Source: Pseudonocardiaceae bacterium
Lineage (GTDB): Bacteria; Actinomycetota; Actinomycetes; Mycobacteriales; Pseudonocardiaceae
DNA length: 64,000 bases
Assembly (NCBI GenBank): GCA_035248365.1
Contig: DATFHN010000109.1
Span: forward strand, 8,682 to 72,681
Direction: 5' to 3'
Numbering within the stretch: the stretch's first letter is position 1; each line of letters begins with the position of its first letter. Below, piece after piece: positions 9,220 to 19,309 of the stretch. Under the pieces are notes generated by a model. That model saw nothing but the letters and a program-made list of their open reading frames with translations. It searched no databases and was not told the DNA's origin. Both the position numbers and the translations under genes were made by a program.

Positions 9220-11432
9220 CCGAACAACGGGTCGAGGACCTCCTGGCCGCCATGACCCTCAGGGAGAAAATCGCACAGCTCTACGGCGTCTGGGTCGGAC
9301 TGGACGAGGCCGGCGAGGTCGCCCCGCACCAGCACGACTTCGCCGCGACCCCACCCGACTGGCAATCCCTGCTGCGACACGGCATCGGCCAGTTGACCCG
9401 TGTTTTCGGCACCGCGCCGGTCGATCCGGTGCTGGGCGCCGAGGCGCTGGCCCGCAGCCAGCGGCAGATCGTGGCGGCCGGCAGACACGGCATTCCCGCG
9501 CTGGTGCACGAGGAATGCCTGACCGGCCTGGCCACGTGGCGCGCGCCGATCTACCCGTCGCCGCTGTGCTGGGGCGCCAGCTTCGACCCCGATCTGGTGG
9601 AGGCGATGGCCGCGCAGATCGGCCGCCTGATGCGCAGGCTCGGTGTGCACCAAGGGCTCGCGCCGGTGCTCGACGTGGCCCGTGATCTGCGCTGGGGCCG
9701 GGTCGAGGAAACGATCGGCGAAGATCCCTACCTGGTCGGCCTGATCGGCAGCGCCTACGTGCGCGGCCTGGAACAGGCAGGCGTCGTCGCGACCCTCAAA
9801 CATTTCCTCGGCTACTCGGCATCGCGCGCGGGCCGCAACCTGGCACCGGTCTCGATCGGCCCCCGGGAAATCGCCGACGTGCTGCTCCCCCCGTTCGAAC
9901 AGGCATTACGCGCGGGCGCGCGGTCGGTCATGAACGCCTACGTCGATCTCGACGGCGTGCCCGCCGCGGCCAGCCCCGCATTGCTCACCGGCCTGTTGCG
10001 CGAGCGGTACGGCTTCACCGGAACCGTCGTCGCCGACTACTTCTCGGTCTCCTTCCTGCACAGCCTCCACCACGTCGCCAACGACCCGGCCGACGCGGCA
10101 GCGCAGGCGATCGGCGCCGGTCTCGACGTCGAACTGCCCACAGTGGACTGTTACGGCGAACCACTCTACGAAGCCGTCAAATCCGGTGCGGTGGCCGAAG
10201 AACTCATCGATCGCGCGGTACGCAGGGTCCTGCGCCAGAAAGACGAACTCGGCCTGCTCGACGAGGACTGGTCCCCGGATCCGCCGATCCTGCACGAGGA
10301 CAGCGCCGCCCTCGACGACGCCGAATCCCGCGCGCTGGCCACCGAACTCGCCCGCCGCTCGATCGTCCTGCTCAGCAACGACGGCACCCTTCCGTTGCGC
10401 GGCAAGCCCCGGATCGCCGTGGTCGGTCCGCGCGCGGCCGAGCCCGGCGCGATGCTCGGCTGCTACTCCTTCCCCAACCACGTCGGCGTGCGACACCCCG
10501 AGGTCCCGATCGGCGTCGACGTGCCAACAGTTCTGGACGCGCTGCGCGCCGACCACGACGCCAGCTACGCCCTCGGCTGCCCGGTGCTCGGCGGCACCGA
10601 TGAGGACATCGCCGAAGCGGTGCGCGTCGCGCGGGACGCCGAGGTGTGCATCGCCGTTCTCGGCGACCAATCCGGCCTGTTCGGCAGGGGTACCTCCGGT
10701 GAAGGCTGCGACGCCGACGACCTGCGCCTGCCCGGCCGCCAGGAAGAACTCCTCGAAGCACTGCTCGGCACCGGCACGCCGATCGTGCTCGTCCTGCTCG
10801 TCGGCCGCCCCTGCGACCTGTCCCGCCAGGCCGGTCGGCTGGCCGCCATCGTCTGCGGGTTCTTCCCCGGCGAGGCAGGCGGGACCGCGCTGGCCGACGT
10901 CCTGAGCGGACGAACCAACCCCTCGGGCCGGCTGCCGGTCAGCTTCCCGGCCGGACCGAACGGGCACCCCGCCACCTATCTGGCCGCGCCGCTGGCCGCG
11001 CGTTCCGAGGTCAGCAACCTCGACCCGACCGCGCTGTTCCCGTTCGGCCACGGCCTGAGTTACGCCCCGGCGCAGTGGCTCACCGTCGACAACCTGACCG
11101 GCCCGGACTGGCCGACCGATGGAACTTGCAAGGTCGCGGTCACGCTGCGCGGCGACGCGGAGATCGCCACCACCGAGATCATCCAGGTGTACCTGCACCG
11201 GCCGGTCGCCGAGGTGGTGCTGCCGGTCCGGCAACTGATCGCGTCGGCCCGCGTCGAACTGCCACCGGGCACCACCACGACCGTGCATCTCGATCTGGCC
11301 GCCGACCTGACCCGCTACACCGGCCGCGACGGCACCCGGCAGGTTCGGCCCGGCCCGGTCGAACTGCACGTCGGAACGTCCAGTGTGGACATTCGAGCCG
11401 TGCTGCCCGGGCGGCTGACCATGCCGGATTAA
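9216..11432 (+). CDS. GH3 beta-xylosidase/beta-glucosidase (BxlA-like)
   Basis: 'RWGRVEETIGEDP', 'TLKHF', 'VVADY' nucleophile region, 'FPFGHGLSY'. Confidence 0.92.
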   Translation: MTEQRVEDLLAAMTLREKIAQLYGVWVGLDEAGEVAPHQHDFAATPPDWQSLLRHGIGQLTRVFGTAPVDPVLGAEALARSQRQIVAAGRHGIPALVHEECLTGLATWRAPIYPSPLCWGASFDPDLVEAMAAQIGRLMRRLGVHQGLAPVLDVARDLRWGRVEETIGEDPYLVGLIGSAYVRGLEQAGVVATLKHFLGYSASRAGRNLAPVSIGPREIADVLLPPFEQALRAGARSVMNAYVDLDGVPAAASPALLTGLLRERYGFTGTVVADYFSVSFLHSLHHVANDPADAAAQAIGAGLDVELPTVDCYGEPLYEAVKSGAVAEELIDRAVRRVLRQKDELGLLDEDWSPDPPILHEDSAALDDAESRALATELARRSIVLLSNDGTLPLRGKPRIAVVGPRAAEPGAMLGCYSFPNHVGVRHPEVPIGVDVPTVLDALRADHDASYALGCPVLGGTDEDIAEAVRVARDAEVCIAVLGDQSGLFGRGTSGEGCDADDLRLPGRQEELLEALLGTGTPIVLVLLVGRPCDLSRQAGRLAAIVCGFFPGEAGGTALADVLSGRTNPSGRLPVSFPAGPNGHPATYLAAPLAARSEVSNLDPTALFPFGHGLSYAPAQWLTVDNLTGPDWPTDGTCKVAVTLRGDAEIATTEIIQVYLHRPVAEVVLPVRQLIASARVELPPGTTTTVHLDLAADLTRYTGRDGTRQVRPGPVELHVGTSSVDIRAVLPGRLTMPD

Positions 11433-11441
11433 GCTGGCCGG

Positions 11442-12554
11442 GTGGCATCGATCAGCATCGCGCAGCTCACCGAAGACCCGCATCCCGTGCTCGCCGAGTT
11501 GCGCGAGCGCGAGCCGGTCGCCTGGCTACCGGCGCTCAACGGCTGGCTGGTGACCAGCTACGTCCACGCCGACCAGGTGCTGCGCGATCCCGGCACGTTC
11601 ACCGTCGACGACCCGCGCTTCTCCACCGCGCAGGTCGTCGGTCCGAGCATGCTCTCGACCGACGGCCCCGCGCACGCCCACCACCGCGACCCGTTCGGGC
11701 CGGCCTTCCGCCCCGCCACCGTGCGCGCCCGCTTCGCCGCGCCCATCGAAGCGCACGTCAAACAGCTGGTCGACGACTTCCGACCACGCGGCACGGCCGA
11801 ACTGCGGCGCGAGTTCGCCGGCCCGCTCGCCGTCGCGGTGCTCGCCGACGTGCTCGGCCTCACCGGCGTCCAGGCGGGCACGGTACTGAGCTGGTACGAC
11901 GCGATCAGCGCGGCCGTGTCCGGAATTTCCGCCGGTCAGCCGATCCCGCAGGCCGCGAACGACGCGTTCGCGCAGTTGCGCGCCGCCATCGAGGCCAGCC
12001 TGACCCCGCCGTCGCTGATGGCCGAGGTCGCCGAGAGCCTCGGCGTCGACGCCACCGTGTCCAACGCGGCCGTACTGCTGTTCGGCGGCATCGACACGGT
12101 CGAAGGCATGATCACCAACGCCGCACTGCACCTGCTCACCCACCCCGACCAGCAACCGGCCGACGCGGACGCGCTGGCCAACGCCATCGAGGAATCCCTG
12201 CGCTTCGAACCCGCCGCCGCCCTGCTGGACCGCTACGCCACCCGCGGCATCGAACTCGGCGGCGCCCGGATCCGCGCCGGTGATCTGGTGAGCGTGTCGC
12301 TGGCCGGCGCGCACCGGGACCCGGCGGTGTTCGCCGAACCGGACCGGTTCGACATCAGCCGCGCCAATGTCCGCCAGCATCTGGCGTTCGCGCGCGGTCC
12401 GCACTTCTGCCTCGGCGCGGAACTGGCCCGGCTGGAAGCGAACACCGCGCTGGCCGCGCTGCTCGCATTGCCGAACCTGCGCTTGGCGCGGCCGGTCAGC
12501 CCGCGCGGCCTGGTGTTCCGCAAGCCACCCGAGCTACCCGTCCGCTGGGGCTAG
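11442..12554 (+). CDS. Cytochrome P450
   Basis: I-helix GGIDT, EESLR, heme motif 'FARGPHFCLG'. Confidence 0.93.
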   Translation: MASISIAQLTEDPHPVLAELREREPVAWLPALNGWLVTSYVHADQVLRDPGTFTVDDPRFSTAQVVGPSMLSTDGPAHAHHRDPFGPAFRPATVRARFAAPIEAHVKQLVDDFRPRGTAELRREFAGPLAVAVLADVLGLTGVQAGTVLSWYDAISAAVSGISAGQPIPQAANDAFAQLRAAIEASLTPPSLMAEVAESLGVDATVSNAAVLLFGGIDTVEGMITNAALHLLTHPDQQPADADALANAIEESLRFEPAAALLDRYATRGIELGGARIRAGDLVSVSLAGAHRDPAVFAEPDRFDISRANVRQHLAFARGPHFCLGAELARLEANTALAALLALPNLRLARPVSPRGLVFRKPPELPVRWG

Positions 12555-13595
12555 CTCGACCGGTTTGCCGAGAAACCGCGCCAGATCGGCGATCTCGCCC
12601 GACACCTCCGGCATGACCGCGTCACCGAACGGTTCCAGGCCGACCAGCGTCGCGCCCCGGCGCTGGGTCGTGCGCCAGGTCGCCACGGCCCGGCCGTCGA
12701 CCAGCACGGTCGGCATGATGAACCCGCCGCCGGACTGCACCTGCTTGTCGTGTTCGGGCGGCACGGACAGCGAACGGTCGCGGTAACCGAGCAGGTAGCC
12801 GTCGAAGTGGCCGAGCAGGCGCACCGGCAGACGACCGGCCGACGGCCGATCCTGGCCCGGCAGCACGAACAACGGCCCGAGCGCGGTGTCGATCTCCACC
12901 AGCTCGGCGGCAGCGAACGCGCGCCGCGCGGTGCCGATCGGCAGGCCGCTCCACCCGGCCAGATCGGCGGGGCCGGTCGGACCGTGGGCCGCGACGTACC
13001 GGGTCGCCAGCCTGGGCAGGTCGTCGTCCGGGTTGTCGTCGGTGTCCGGCACCCAGTCGTCGAGCAGCACGTAGTCGGCGTCCCCCGGGCCTCGGCAGAT
13101 CAGCCCCTTCGACGCGGCCAGCATCAGCAGATGCGCCGGGGCCTGACTGGCCGGATCGATGCCTTCGCCGAGCGCTTCGACGATCTGCGCCCGTTCCAGC
13201 GGACCGTCGCGCAGAATGCCGGGCAGCGCGGCCAAGGCCCGTTCGCACAGCGCCTCGTCCAGGCCGAGTTGCCTGCGGCGTCCCGCGTAGCGGTCGGCGT
13301 TGCGCGCCCCGAACAGGCGCAGCAACCAACGGACATCGTTGTCGCGCACCAAATGCAGCGTTCCGCGCATCAGCCAGGTCCGGACGCCGACCGCGTCCCG
13401 GCAGGCCGCGTCCACGTCACCGGCGACCAGCCCACGCGACCGGGCCCGCACCGCCAGCCGCGCGGGTCGGGCATCCTGCGCCTGCACCGCGACCACCGCG
13501 TCCAGCACCTCGGCGACACCGGCCGCCCGGACCGGGCCCAGTAGTTGGGCGCGGATCCGGGCGGCGCGGACCGCAGTCGCCGGCCAGGTCGTCAT
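12534..13595 (-). CDS. AlkZ-like (HTH_42) DNA glycosylase
   Basis: 'VQAQD' QxQ motif, 'WLMRGTLHLV', 'LLGHFDGYLLGYRDR'. Confidence 0.85.
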   Translation of the reverse strand: MTTWPATAVRAARIRAQLLGPVRAAGVAEVLDAVVAVQAQDARPARLAVRARSRGLVAGDVDAACRDAVGVRTWLMRGTLHLVRDNDVRWLLRLFGARNADRYAGRRRQLGLDEALCERALAALPGILRDGPLERAQIVEALGEGIDPASQAPAHLLMLAASKGLICRGPGDADYVLLDDWVPDTDDNPDDDLPRLATRYVAAHGPTGPADLAGWSGLPIGTARRAFAAAELVEIDTALGPLFVLPGQDRPSAGRLPVRLLGHFDGYLLGYRDRSLSVPPEHDKQVQSGGGFIMPTVLVDGRAVATWRTTQRRGATLVGLEPFGDAVMPEVSGEIADLARFLGKPVELAPADG

Positions 13596-16306
13596 CGCAC
13601 CGTGAAACCGGTGATGTTCGGCGCGGTGGGGCCGGTGAAGTTCAGCCGCACGAACTGCGCGGTCACGGTCGGGAAGCTGAACCGGTCCGTGCCCGAGGAA
13701 GTGCTCGGCGCGGTCGCCACCGTCTGCCAGTTCTGACCATCGGAGGAGACCCGCACCGTGTAAGCGAACGCGCCATTGCTTCCCCGGTCAACTTCCGCCG
13801 AACTCACGCTTCCCGGCTTGGCCAGCCGGACGGTGAGCTGCGCGGTCGGCTGGGTCGGAACCCAGGCGGTGGCGGGGCTGCCGTCGACCGCGGCGATCGC
13901 GTCACTGCCGGGCACCGCCGAACTGGCCGTGACCTGCTGGCAGCGGGCCAGGTCGGTGGTGGGCTGCTGGTCGGGCTGACGCGTGCGCACCGTGACCGGC
14001 TGGCCGGGCAGCGCGGTGAGCTTCCCGGACGGCGTGTCCAGCGGGAGCGACGCACCGGAAGTCAAGGTCACCGTGGTGTGCGAGCGGTCCATGGTCACCG
14101 TGAAAGTCCGGCCCTGCCAATGCAGATCGGTCACGGTCAGGCTCGGCAGTTGCGGCGGCAGGCTCGGATCGAGGTGCACCGAATCCACCCCGAACCGCAA
14201 CCCGGTGAACCCGTACTGGAACTCCTGCAGCACGCCGCCGACCCCGGTGAGGAAGTCGAACGTGGTCCACTTGTCCTCGGGCGTCTCCGCGAACTGCGAG
14301 TACGGCGCCCGCAGGAACGGCTCGTAACTGCGCAGCAGGTAGGTGTAAGCCGAGCAACCGGGCGCGTTCAACGCCGAGGCGTCGATCGAATGGATCGCGT
14401 CGGTCATCGCCGGACCGTCCGGGTTGGTGCGCGGCGCGTAGTAGTTCAGGTCGGCCAGGCCCGCGTTGGCCGGCATCGGGAAACCGAGCGGGTAGCTGAG
14501 CATGACCACGTCGGCCTGCTTGACCTGATCCCCCTGGTAGCCGTCGAACTCCTGGTAGATGCCCTGCTTCTGGTCGAACGGCATGGTCTTGGTCAGGCCG
14601 TCCGCGACCGTCGCCCACTCGGCGGGCGCCTGCCGGCCCAGCGCCTGCGCGGCCGCGGTCGCATCGCGCAGCGCGGTGGCCGCGGCGGCGTTGGTGTAGG
14701 CCGAGTTGTTCACGTTGATGTGCTGCTCGTCCGGCGGCTGCACGGTGTCGATGTCGTATCCGCCGCTGCTCGCGGGCTTGGCCTTGCTCAGCCAGAACTG
14801 CGCCAGCGCCTGCAACACCGGCCAGCCGTGGTTCGACAGCCACTGCCGATCGCCGGTCGCCTGGTAGTACTCCCACTGGCTGATCGCGATGTCGGCCTGC
14901 AGGTGCAACTCCTGGCTACAGCTGGCATTCGGATCGGAGATGATCTTGTCGTTGGCGTCGGTCACGGTGCCGTAGCAGTCCGCGCCGGTGTGGCCGTCAT
15001 CGCCCGCCGTCCACGGATAGAACGCGCCCTGATAGCCGTTGGCCTGCGCGTCGTGCTCGGCCGCCGCGAGCGTGTTGTACCGGTAGTCCACGTCGACCCT
15101 GGCGATGTCCGGATGCGCGGCGAGCAGCGCCGGGAACATCCAGATGTCGGAGTCCCAGAAGATCATGCCCGCGTAACCGTTGCTGGACAGTCCACTCGGG
15201 CCGATCGCGTCCGGGCTGTCCGCCCGGATACTGGCGTACAAGGCATACGTCCCGGCCCGCAACGCGGTCTGCAACGCCGACCGGCCCGGAACGACAATGT
15301 CGCCGCGCCACACGTCGCGCGCCCACGACACCGCGTTCTCGACGCTCAAGGCGGGAACGCCGAGCCGAGCCGCGTTCCGCGACTCGCTCCGGGCCGTCGT
15401 GTCGTGCGCCGAACCGGTCGCGACCGCGACGTACTTGGTGAACCGGTAGGTGTGGCCCGCCTGCGCGGTGAAGTCGACCTTCTCGCCCGCGGACTGCGGC
15501 TGATCCAGTCCGACCGCCGAGTCCCGGACACCCGGGCCCTGGTCGTAGCGCAGCGTGGCCGCCTCGGTGACCGGCTGCTTGGTACCGATCGCCGCCGAAC
15601 TCACATAACTCAGGTGATCGCCAAGGTCCACCCCGGCCGCGACCGGCGACAACTCCCGGGCTCCGGTACCGTCGAGCAGGCTGGTCACGCTCGCCGGTCC
15701 AGTCCACAGTGGAGTCAGCTCCAGCGACACCGTGCCGACGTGCTCACGGGCCCGGTCGGTGAAGACCTGGTAGCGGAACCGCGCCTGCTGCCCACCGGGC
15801 GACGTCCAGATCCCCGAGGTGGTGACCGTCCCGGTCCGCAGATCCTCGGACTGCCGATAATCCTGGACCGCCGCCGACGTGGCGGTCGCCGCCGAATAGT
15901 CGCCGGACGGGGTGTGGAAGGTCAGCGTCGACCAGGTCGGGATCAGCGCGATGACTTCCTTGTCGGCGTTCGGGTAGATCGTCGAGCCATCGGTGTTCGC
16001 GTAGAGACCGGCCGCCACCGCCTCACTGAACCGCTGATCACCCAACGGCCAACCCGCCTCGCCCTGATCGGGCGAATGCCCCATCCCAGCAGCGGGGACG
16101 CGCTGGCTGAAGTAGCCGTTGCCGACGAACGGCTCCGCGGTGAACTGGCTGTCGAACTGCGACGACGTCAGCACCCAACCCGGATCATGGCCGGGTGCAC
16201 CGGCCGAATTCGGCGCCGCCGCCACCGCCATCGACGCCGTCAACGCGATCACTCCGGTCAGGCCACCCAGCCCGACCGCCCACCGAACCCGCTTCCTGCC
16301 GAGCAT
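13592..16306 (-). CDS. Secreted GH65 glycoside hydrolase (acid-trehalase-like) with C-terminal discoidin/F5-8 domain
   Basis: 'YAGMIFWDSDIW', 'PPDE', 'VKQADVV', 'FLTGVGG'; signal peptide; start ATG 16306 with GGAGG RBS. Confidence 0.88.
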   Translation of the reverse strand: MLGRKRVRWAVGLGGLTGVIALTASMAVAAAPNSAGAPGHDPGWVLTSSQFDSQFTAEPFVGNGYFSQRVPAAGMGHSPDQGEAGWPLGDQRFSEAVAAGLYANTDGSTIYPNADKEVIALIPTWSTLTFHTPSGDYSAATATSAAVQDYRQSEDLRTGTVTTSGIWTSPGGQQARFRYQVFTDRAREHVGTVSLELTPLWTGPASVTSLLDGTGARELSPVAAGVDLGDHLSYVSSAAIGTKQPVTEAATLRYDQGPGVRDSAVGLDQPQSAGEKVDFTAQAGHTYRFTKYVAVATGSAHDTTARSESRNAARLGVPALSVENAVSWARDVWRGDIVVPGRSALQTALRAGTYALYASIRADSPDAIGPSGLSSNGYAGMIFWDSDIWMFPALLAAHPDIARVDVDYRYNTLAAAEHDAQANGYQGAFYPWTAGDDGHTGADCYGTVTDANDKIISDPNASCSQELHLQADIAISQWEYYQATGDRQWLSNHGWPVLQALAQFWLSKAKPASSGGYDIDTVQPPDEQHINVNNSAYTNAAAATALRDATAAAQALGRQAPAEWATVADGLTKTMPFDQKQGIYQEFDGYQGDQVKQADVVMLSYPLGFPMPANAGLADLNYYAPRTNPDGPAMTDAIHSIDASALNAPGCSAYTYLLRSYEPFLRAPYSQFAETPEDKWTTFDFLTGVGGVLQEFQYGFTGLRFGVDSVHLDPSLPPQLPSLTVTDLHWQGRTFTVTMDRSHTTVTLTSGASLPLDTPSGKLTALPGQPVTVRTRQPDQQPTTDLARCQQVTASSAVPGSDAIAAVDGSPATAWVPTQPTAQLTVRLAKPGSVSSAEVDRGSNGAFAYTVRVSSDGQNWQTVATAPSTSSGTDRFSFPTVTAQFVRLNFTGPTAPNITGFTVR

Positions 16307-16369
16307 GATTCCTCCCCCTCTGCCGAACACGGCCCGCACAGGGGACAATCTACCCAAACAGGAAAGACG

Positions 16370-16732
16370 CTACGTGGCCAGGGGCTGGTCCTGACGGGAC
16401 TGCTCGACCGAGTCGAACGTCGGAATCAGATCGGTCAACCCGATCAAATCCAGGATGTTCCTGGCGCCGCTGCCGCTGGGCGCCACCCAGTACGTGCACA
16501 CCCCGCGCAACGCGCAGGCCCGGTTGAACGCACACAGCGCCCGCGCCCCCAACGCCGACATGAATCCGATCCCGGACAGATCCAGCACCGCGACCGCAGG
16601 CGGCTCGATCACGGCAGCCGCTGCCGCGAGCTTCTCGATCGCCGCACCGCTGGTGTTCAGATCGAGGTCACCGACCAGCCGGACGACCTCATGACTCCCC
16701 TTGGACAACCGGGTCAACTCGATGGACTCCAC
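16370..16732 (-). CDS. STAS-domain anti-sigma-factor antagonist
   Basis: 'VVRLVGDLDLNT...LDLSGIGFMSALG...ILDLIGL'; GTG 16732 after GGAGG. Confidence 0.85.
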   Translation of the reverse strand: MESIELTRLSKGSHEVVRLVGDLDLNTSGAAIEKLAAAAAVIEPPAVAVLDLSGIGFMSALGARALCAFNRACALRGVCTYWVAPSGSGARNILDLIGLTDLIPTFDSVEQSRQDQPLAT

Positions 16733-16794
16733 GACGGGTCCGCCTCCCACCTCACCATGCCGAACCTCGCCAAATGGATCCGACCACACCCTGG

Positions 16795-16819
16795 CTACCC
16801 AGCCCCGCCGATCTGATAC
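16795..16819 (-). promoter_or_regulatory. SigF-type promoter (STAS gene)
   Basis: GTAT-N15-GGGTAG. Confidence 0.6.
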
Positions 16820-16905
16820 CAGGTGACGCAGGTTACTCAGCCAATCGGGATCCGAATGTTTGTTCGCCGCAATCTTTCGCAATCCGGGGTAAAGGGAGGT
16901 GGCAG

Positions 16906-18000
16906 ATGGTTGCCGTTGAGCAGGTGTCGGTCCACGCGTTCACCGTGCCGACCGACAGCCCCGAATCCGACGGCACCCTCGAATGGGACTCGACCACCCT
17001 GATCCTGGTCGAAGCCCGCGCGGGCGGCTACACCGGCATCGGCTACACCTACGGCGACGTCTCCACCGCCGCCTTCATCGAATCCCTCCTCGTCCCCGTC
17101 GTCACCGGCACCGACCCGCTCGGCAACAACTGGCACCGGATGTACGCGGCTATCCGCAACGCGGGCCAGCCCGGCCTCGGGTCCATGGCCGTCGCCGCCG
17201 TCGACATCGCGCTGTGGGACCTCAAAGCCCGGCTGCTCGGCAGGCCGCTGTTCCAGATCCTGCCCACCCTGCACGACCACGTGCCGGTCTACGGCAGCGG
17301 CGGCTTCACCAGCTACCCGCTCGACCGCCTGGTCCAGCAACTCGCCGGCTGGGTCGAGCAAGGCATCCCCCGCGTCAAACTCAAGACCTCCCGCGACCCG
17401 GCCGCCGACCCGGAACGACTCACCGAAGTGCGGCTGGCCATCGGACCGCAGCCGGAACTGTTCGTCGACGCCAACGGCGCCCTCAACCGAAAACAGGCCC
17501 AGTACTGGGCCCACCGGTTCGCCGACGAATGGGACGTGCGCTGGTTCGAGGAACCGGTCAGCTCCCTGGACACCGAAGGCCTGCGGCAGATCCGCGAACA
17601 CGGTCCACATCGGATGGACATCGCCGCGGGCGAATACGGCTACCTGCTGCGCGACTTCCACACCCTGCTCGACGCCAACGCCGTCGACTGCCTGCAGGCC
17701 GACGTCACCCGCTGCGGCGGCATCACCGGACTGCTCCAGGTCGCGGGCGCCGCCGCCGCGCACGAGACCGACCTCTCCGCGCACTGCGCACCAGCCGTGT
17801 CCGCGCACGCCTTCTGCGCCGTGCCGACCAGGCGCCACCTCGAGTACTTCCACGACCACGTCCGGCTCGAACAACTCGCCTTCGACGGCACCCTCAGCCC
17901 GGTCAACGGCGCCCTTCGGCCCGACCCGGACCGCCCGGGGCTCGGCCTCGACGTCCGCTGGGCCGACCTCGATCGTTACCGCGTACACGGCTCACACTGA
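16906..18000 (+). CDS. Mandelate racemase/enolase-superfamily protein
   Basis: 'DIALWDLKAR', KxK 'VKLK', 'FVDANG', 'WFEEP', 'AAGEY'; ATG 16906 after GGAGG. Confidence 0.9.
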   Translation: MVAVEQVSVHAFTVPTDSPESDGTLEWDSTTLILVEARAGGYTGIGYTYGDVSTAAFIESLLVPVVTGTDPLGNNWHRMYAAIRNAGQPGLGSMAVAAVDIALWDLKARLLGRPLFQILPTLHDHVPVYGSGGFTSYPLDRLVQQLAGWVEQGIPRVKLKTSRDPAADPERLTEVRLAIGPQPELFVDANGALNRKQAQYWAHRFADEWDVRWFEEPVSSLDTEGLRQIREHGPHRMDIAAGEYGYLLRDFHTLLDANAVDCLQADVTRCGGITGLLQVAGAAAAHETDLSAHCAPAVSAHAFCAVPTRRHLEYFHDHVRLEQLAFDGTLSPVNGALRPDPDRPGLGLDVRWADLDRYRVHGSH

Positions 18001-18052
18001 CGCGGCCCGCTCTGGGCTTGTTTGTGTTGGCTTTTGGTACGTATTGTGAATT

Positions 18053-18868
18053 TCAGTCTTCACTGAAGTTATAGTGATATAGGCGGCAGCAGTCGCGGGG
18101 CGCGTGTCCCTTGGCGGTGTTGTCGAAGTAGACGTACACGTCGCCCTGCCGCGACCAGTCGCGGATCTTCGCCGCCCACTCCCCCAGCGCGTCGTCGCTG
18201 TAGCCACTGGCGTACAGCTCGGTGTCGCCGTGCAGCCGGAAATAGCCGAAGCTGGCGGTGATCTCCTCGAAACGAGGCCAGGTTCGCGGACTGTCGGAGA
18301 CTACCAGCGCGATATCGTTGGCCCGCAACAGGTCGCTGAACACCTCGGTACCGAAACTCTCGTGGCGCACCTCGATCGCGTGCCGCATCGGACGATCTTC
18401 GGCGACGGCCAGCCAGGTCCGGTCCTCGGACAGCACAGCGCTGTGCCGGTTGGCCAGTTCGGCGGCTTCGGCGGTGCCGCGCGGGAGGAGAGCCAGAAAT
18501 TCGGCCACGAGATCGACGTCGAAGGAGAAGTTGGCGGGCAGCTGCCACAACACCGGGCCGAGCTTGTGACCCAGCGCCAGCACGCCCGACGCGAAGAAGT
18601 TGGCCAGCGGGGTATCCGGTTCCCGCAGGCGTTTCAGGTGCGTGACGAACCGGCCGCCCTTGACCGCGAAACAGAACTCGTCCGGGGTTTGAGCGGACCA
18701 GTTCTGGTAGCTCGTCGGTCGCTGCAGCGAGTAGAACGAACCGTTGATCTCCACGGTCGGCATGTGCTCGGCCAGGTAGCGCAGTTGATCGCGCTGGGGA
18801 AGCCCATCTGGGTAGAACGATCCCCGCCATTCCGGGTAGGCCCAGCCGGAAGTGCCGATCCTGATCAC
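18053..18868 (-). CDS. DUF72 family protein (C-terminus atypical)
   Basis: 'IRIGTSGW', 'VEINGSFY', 'YFRLHG', 'YVYFDN'; GTGA overlap with upstream gene. Confidence 0.9.
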   Translation of the reverse strand: MIRIGTSGWAYPEWRGSFYPDGLPQRDQLRYLAEHMPTVEINGSFYSLQRPTSYQNWSAQTPDEFCFAVKGGRFVTHLKRLREPDTPLANFFASGVLALGHKLGPVLWQLPANFSFDVDLVAEFLALLPRGTAEAAELANRHSAVLSEDRTWLAVAEDRPMRHAIEVRHESFGTEVFSDLLRANDIALVVSDSPRTWPRFEEITASFGYFRLHGDTELYASGYSDDALGEWAAKIRDWSRQGDVYVYFDNTAKGHAPRDCCRLYHYNFSED

Positions 18869-19239
18869 TGCTGGACGCGGGTGCCCATCGACCGGGCGGC
18901 CCGGGCGCGCTTGAGCGCGAAGTGGCAGCCGACGCCGAGCAGCAGCGTCGCCCCCACTCCGGCCACGGCGATGACCCAGGTGTTGAACACGAAACTCAGC
19001 ACGACGCACACCACCAGGAGGGCCATCGCGGTGACCGCGATGACTTCAGGTTTCGTGAAGAAGTCCCGCCGGAGCAGAGCGGGACGGCGCCGCTCGGTGA
19101 CCTTGGGCGGTTCCGGGCGTTCGGCGAGTTCGCTCGGGAGGGCGGGGGCCGGGAAGAGGGTGACGAGCTTCGACAGCACCGGGTCTCGGGACAGGAGACC
19201 GTCCATCGTGGACAATGCTGTGCCCTGCGGGATGGTCAT
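18865..19239 (-). CDS. Small two-TM membrane protein, hypothetical
   Basis: GAGGAG RBS, own SigF-type promoter, translationally coupled to DUF72. Confidence 0.7.
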   Translation of the reverse strand: MTIPQGTALSTMDGLLSRDPVLSKLVTLFPAPALPSELAERPEPPKVTERRRPALLRRDFFTKPEVIAVTAMALLVVCVVLSFVFNTWVIAVAGVGATLLLGVGCHFALKRARAARSMGTRVQQ

Positions 19240-19278
19240 GCTCGCTCCTCTCCTCGGATGGTCGATCGTATCGCCCGG

Positions 19279-19303
19279 ATACCCCCGCCGCACGTACGCA
19301 AAC
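19279..19303 (-). promoter_or_regulatory. SigF-type promoter
   Basis: GTTT-N15-GGGTAT. Confidence 0.75.
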
Positions 19304-19309
19304 GCACGG

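Noticed and set aside
16868-16892. GGGTA-like boxes before the enolase gene (also 39301 and 46262)
   Set aside because: A -10 is present but the -35 is absent or mis-spaced, so these were not counted among the supported promoters
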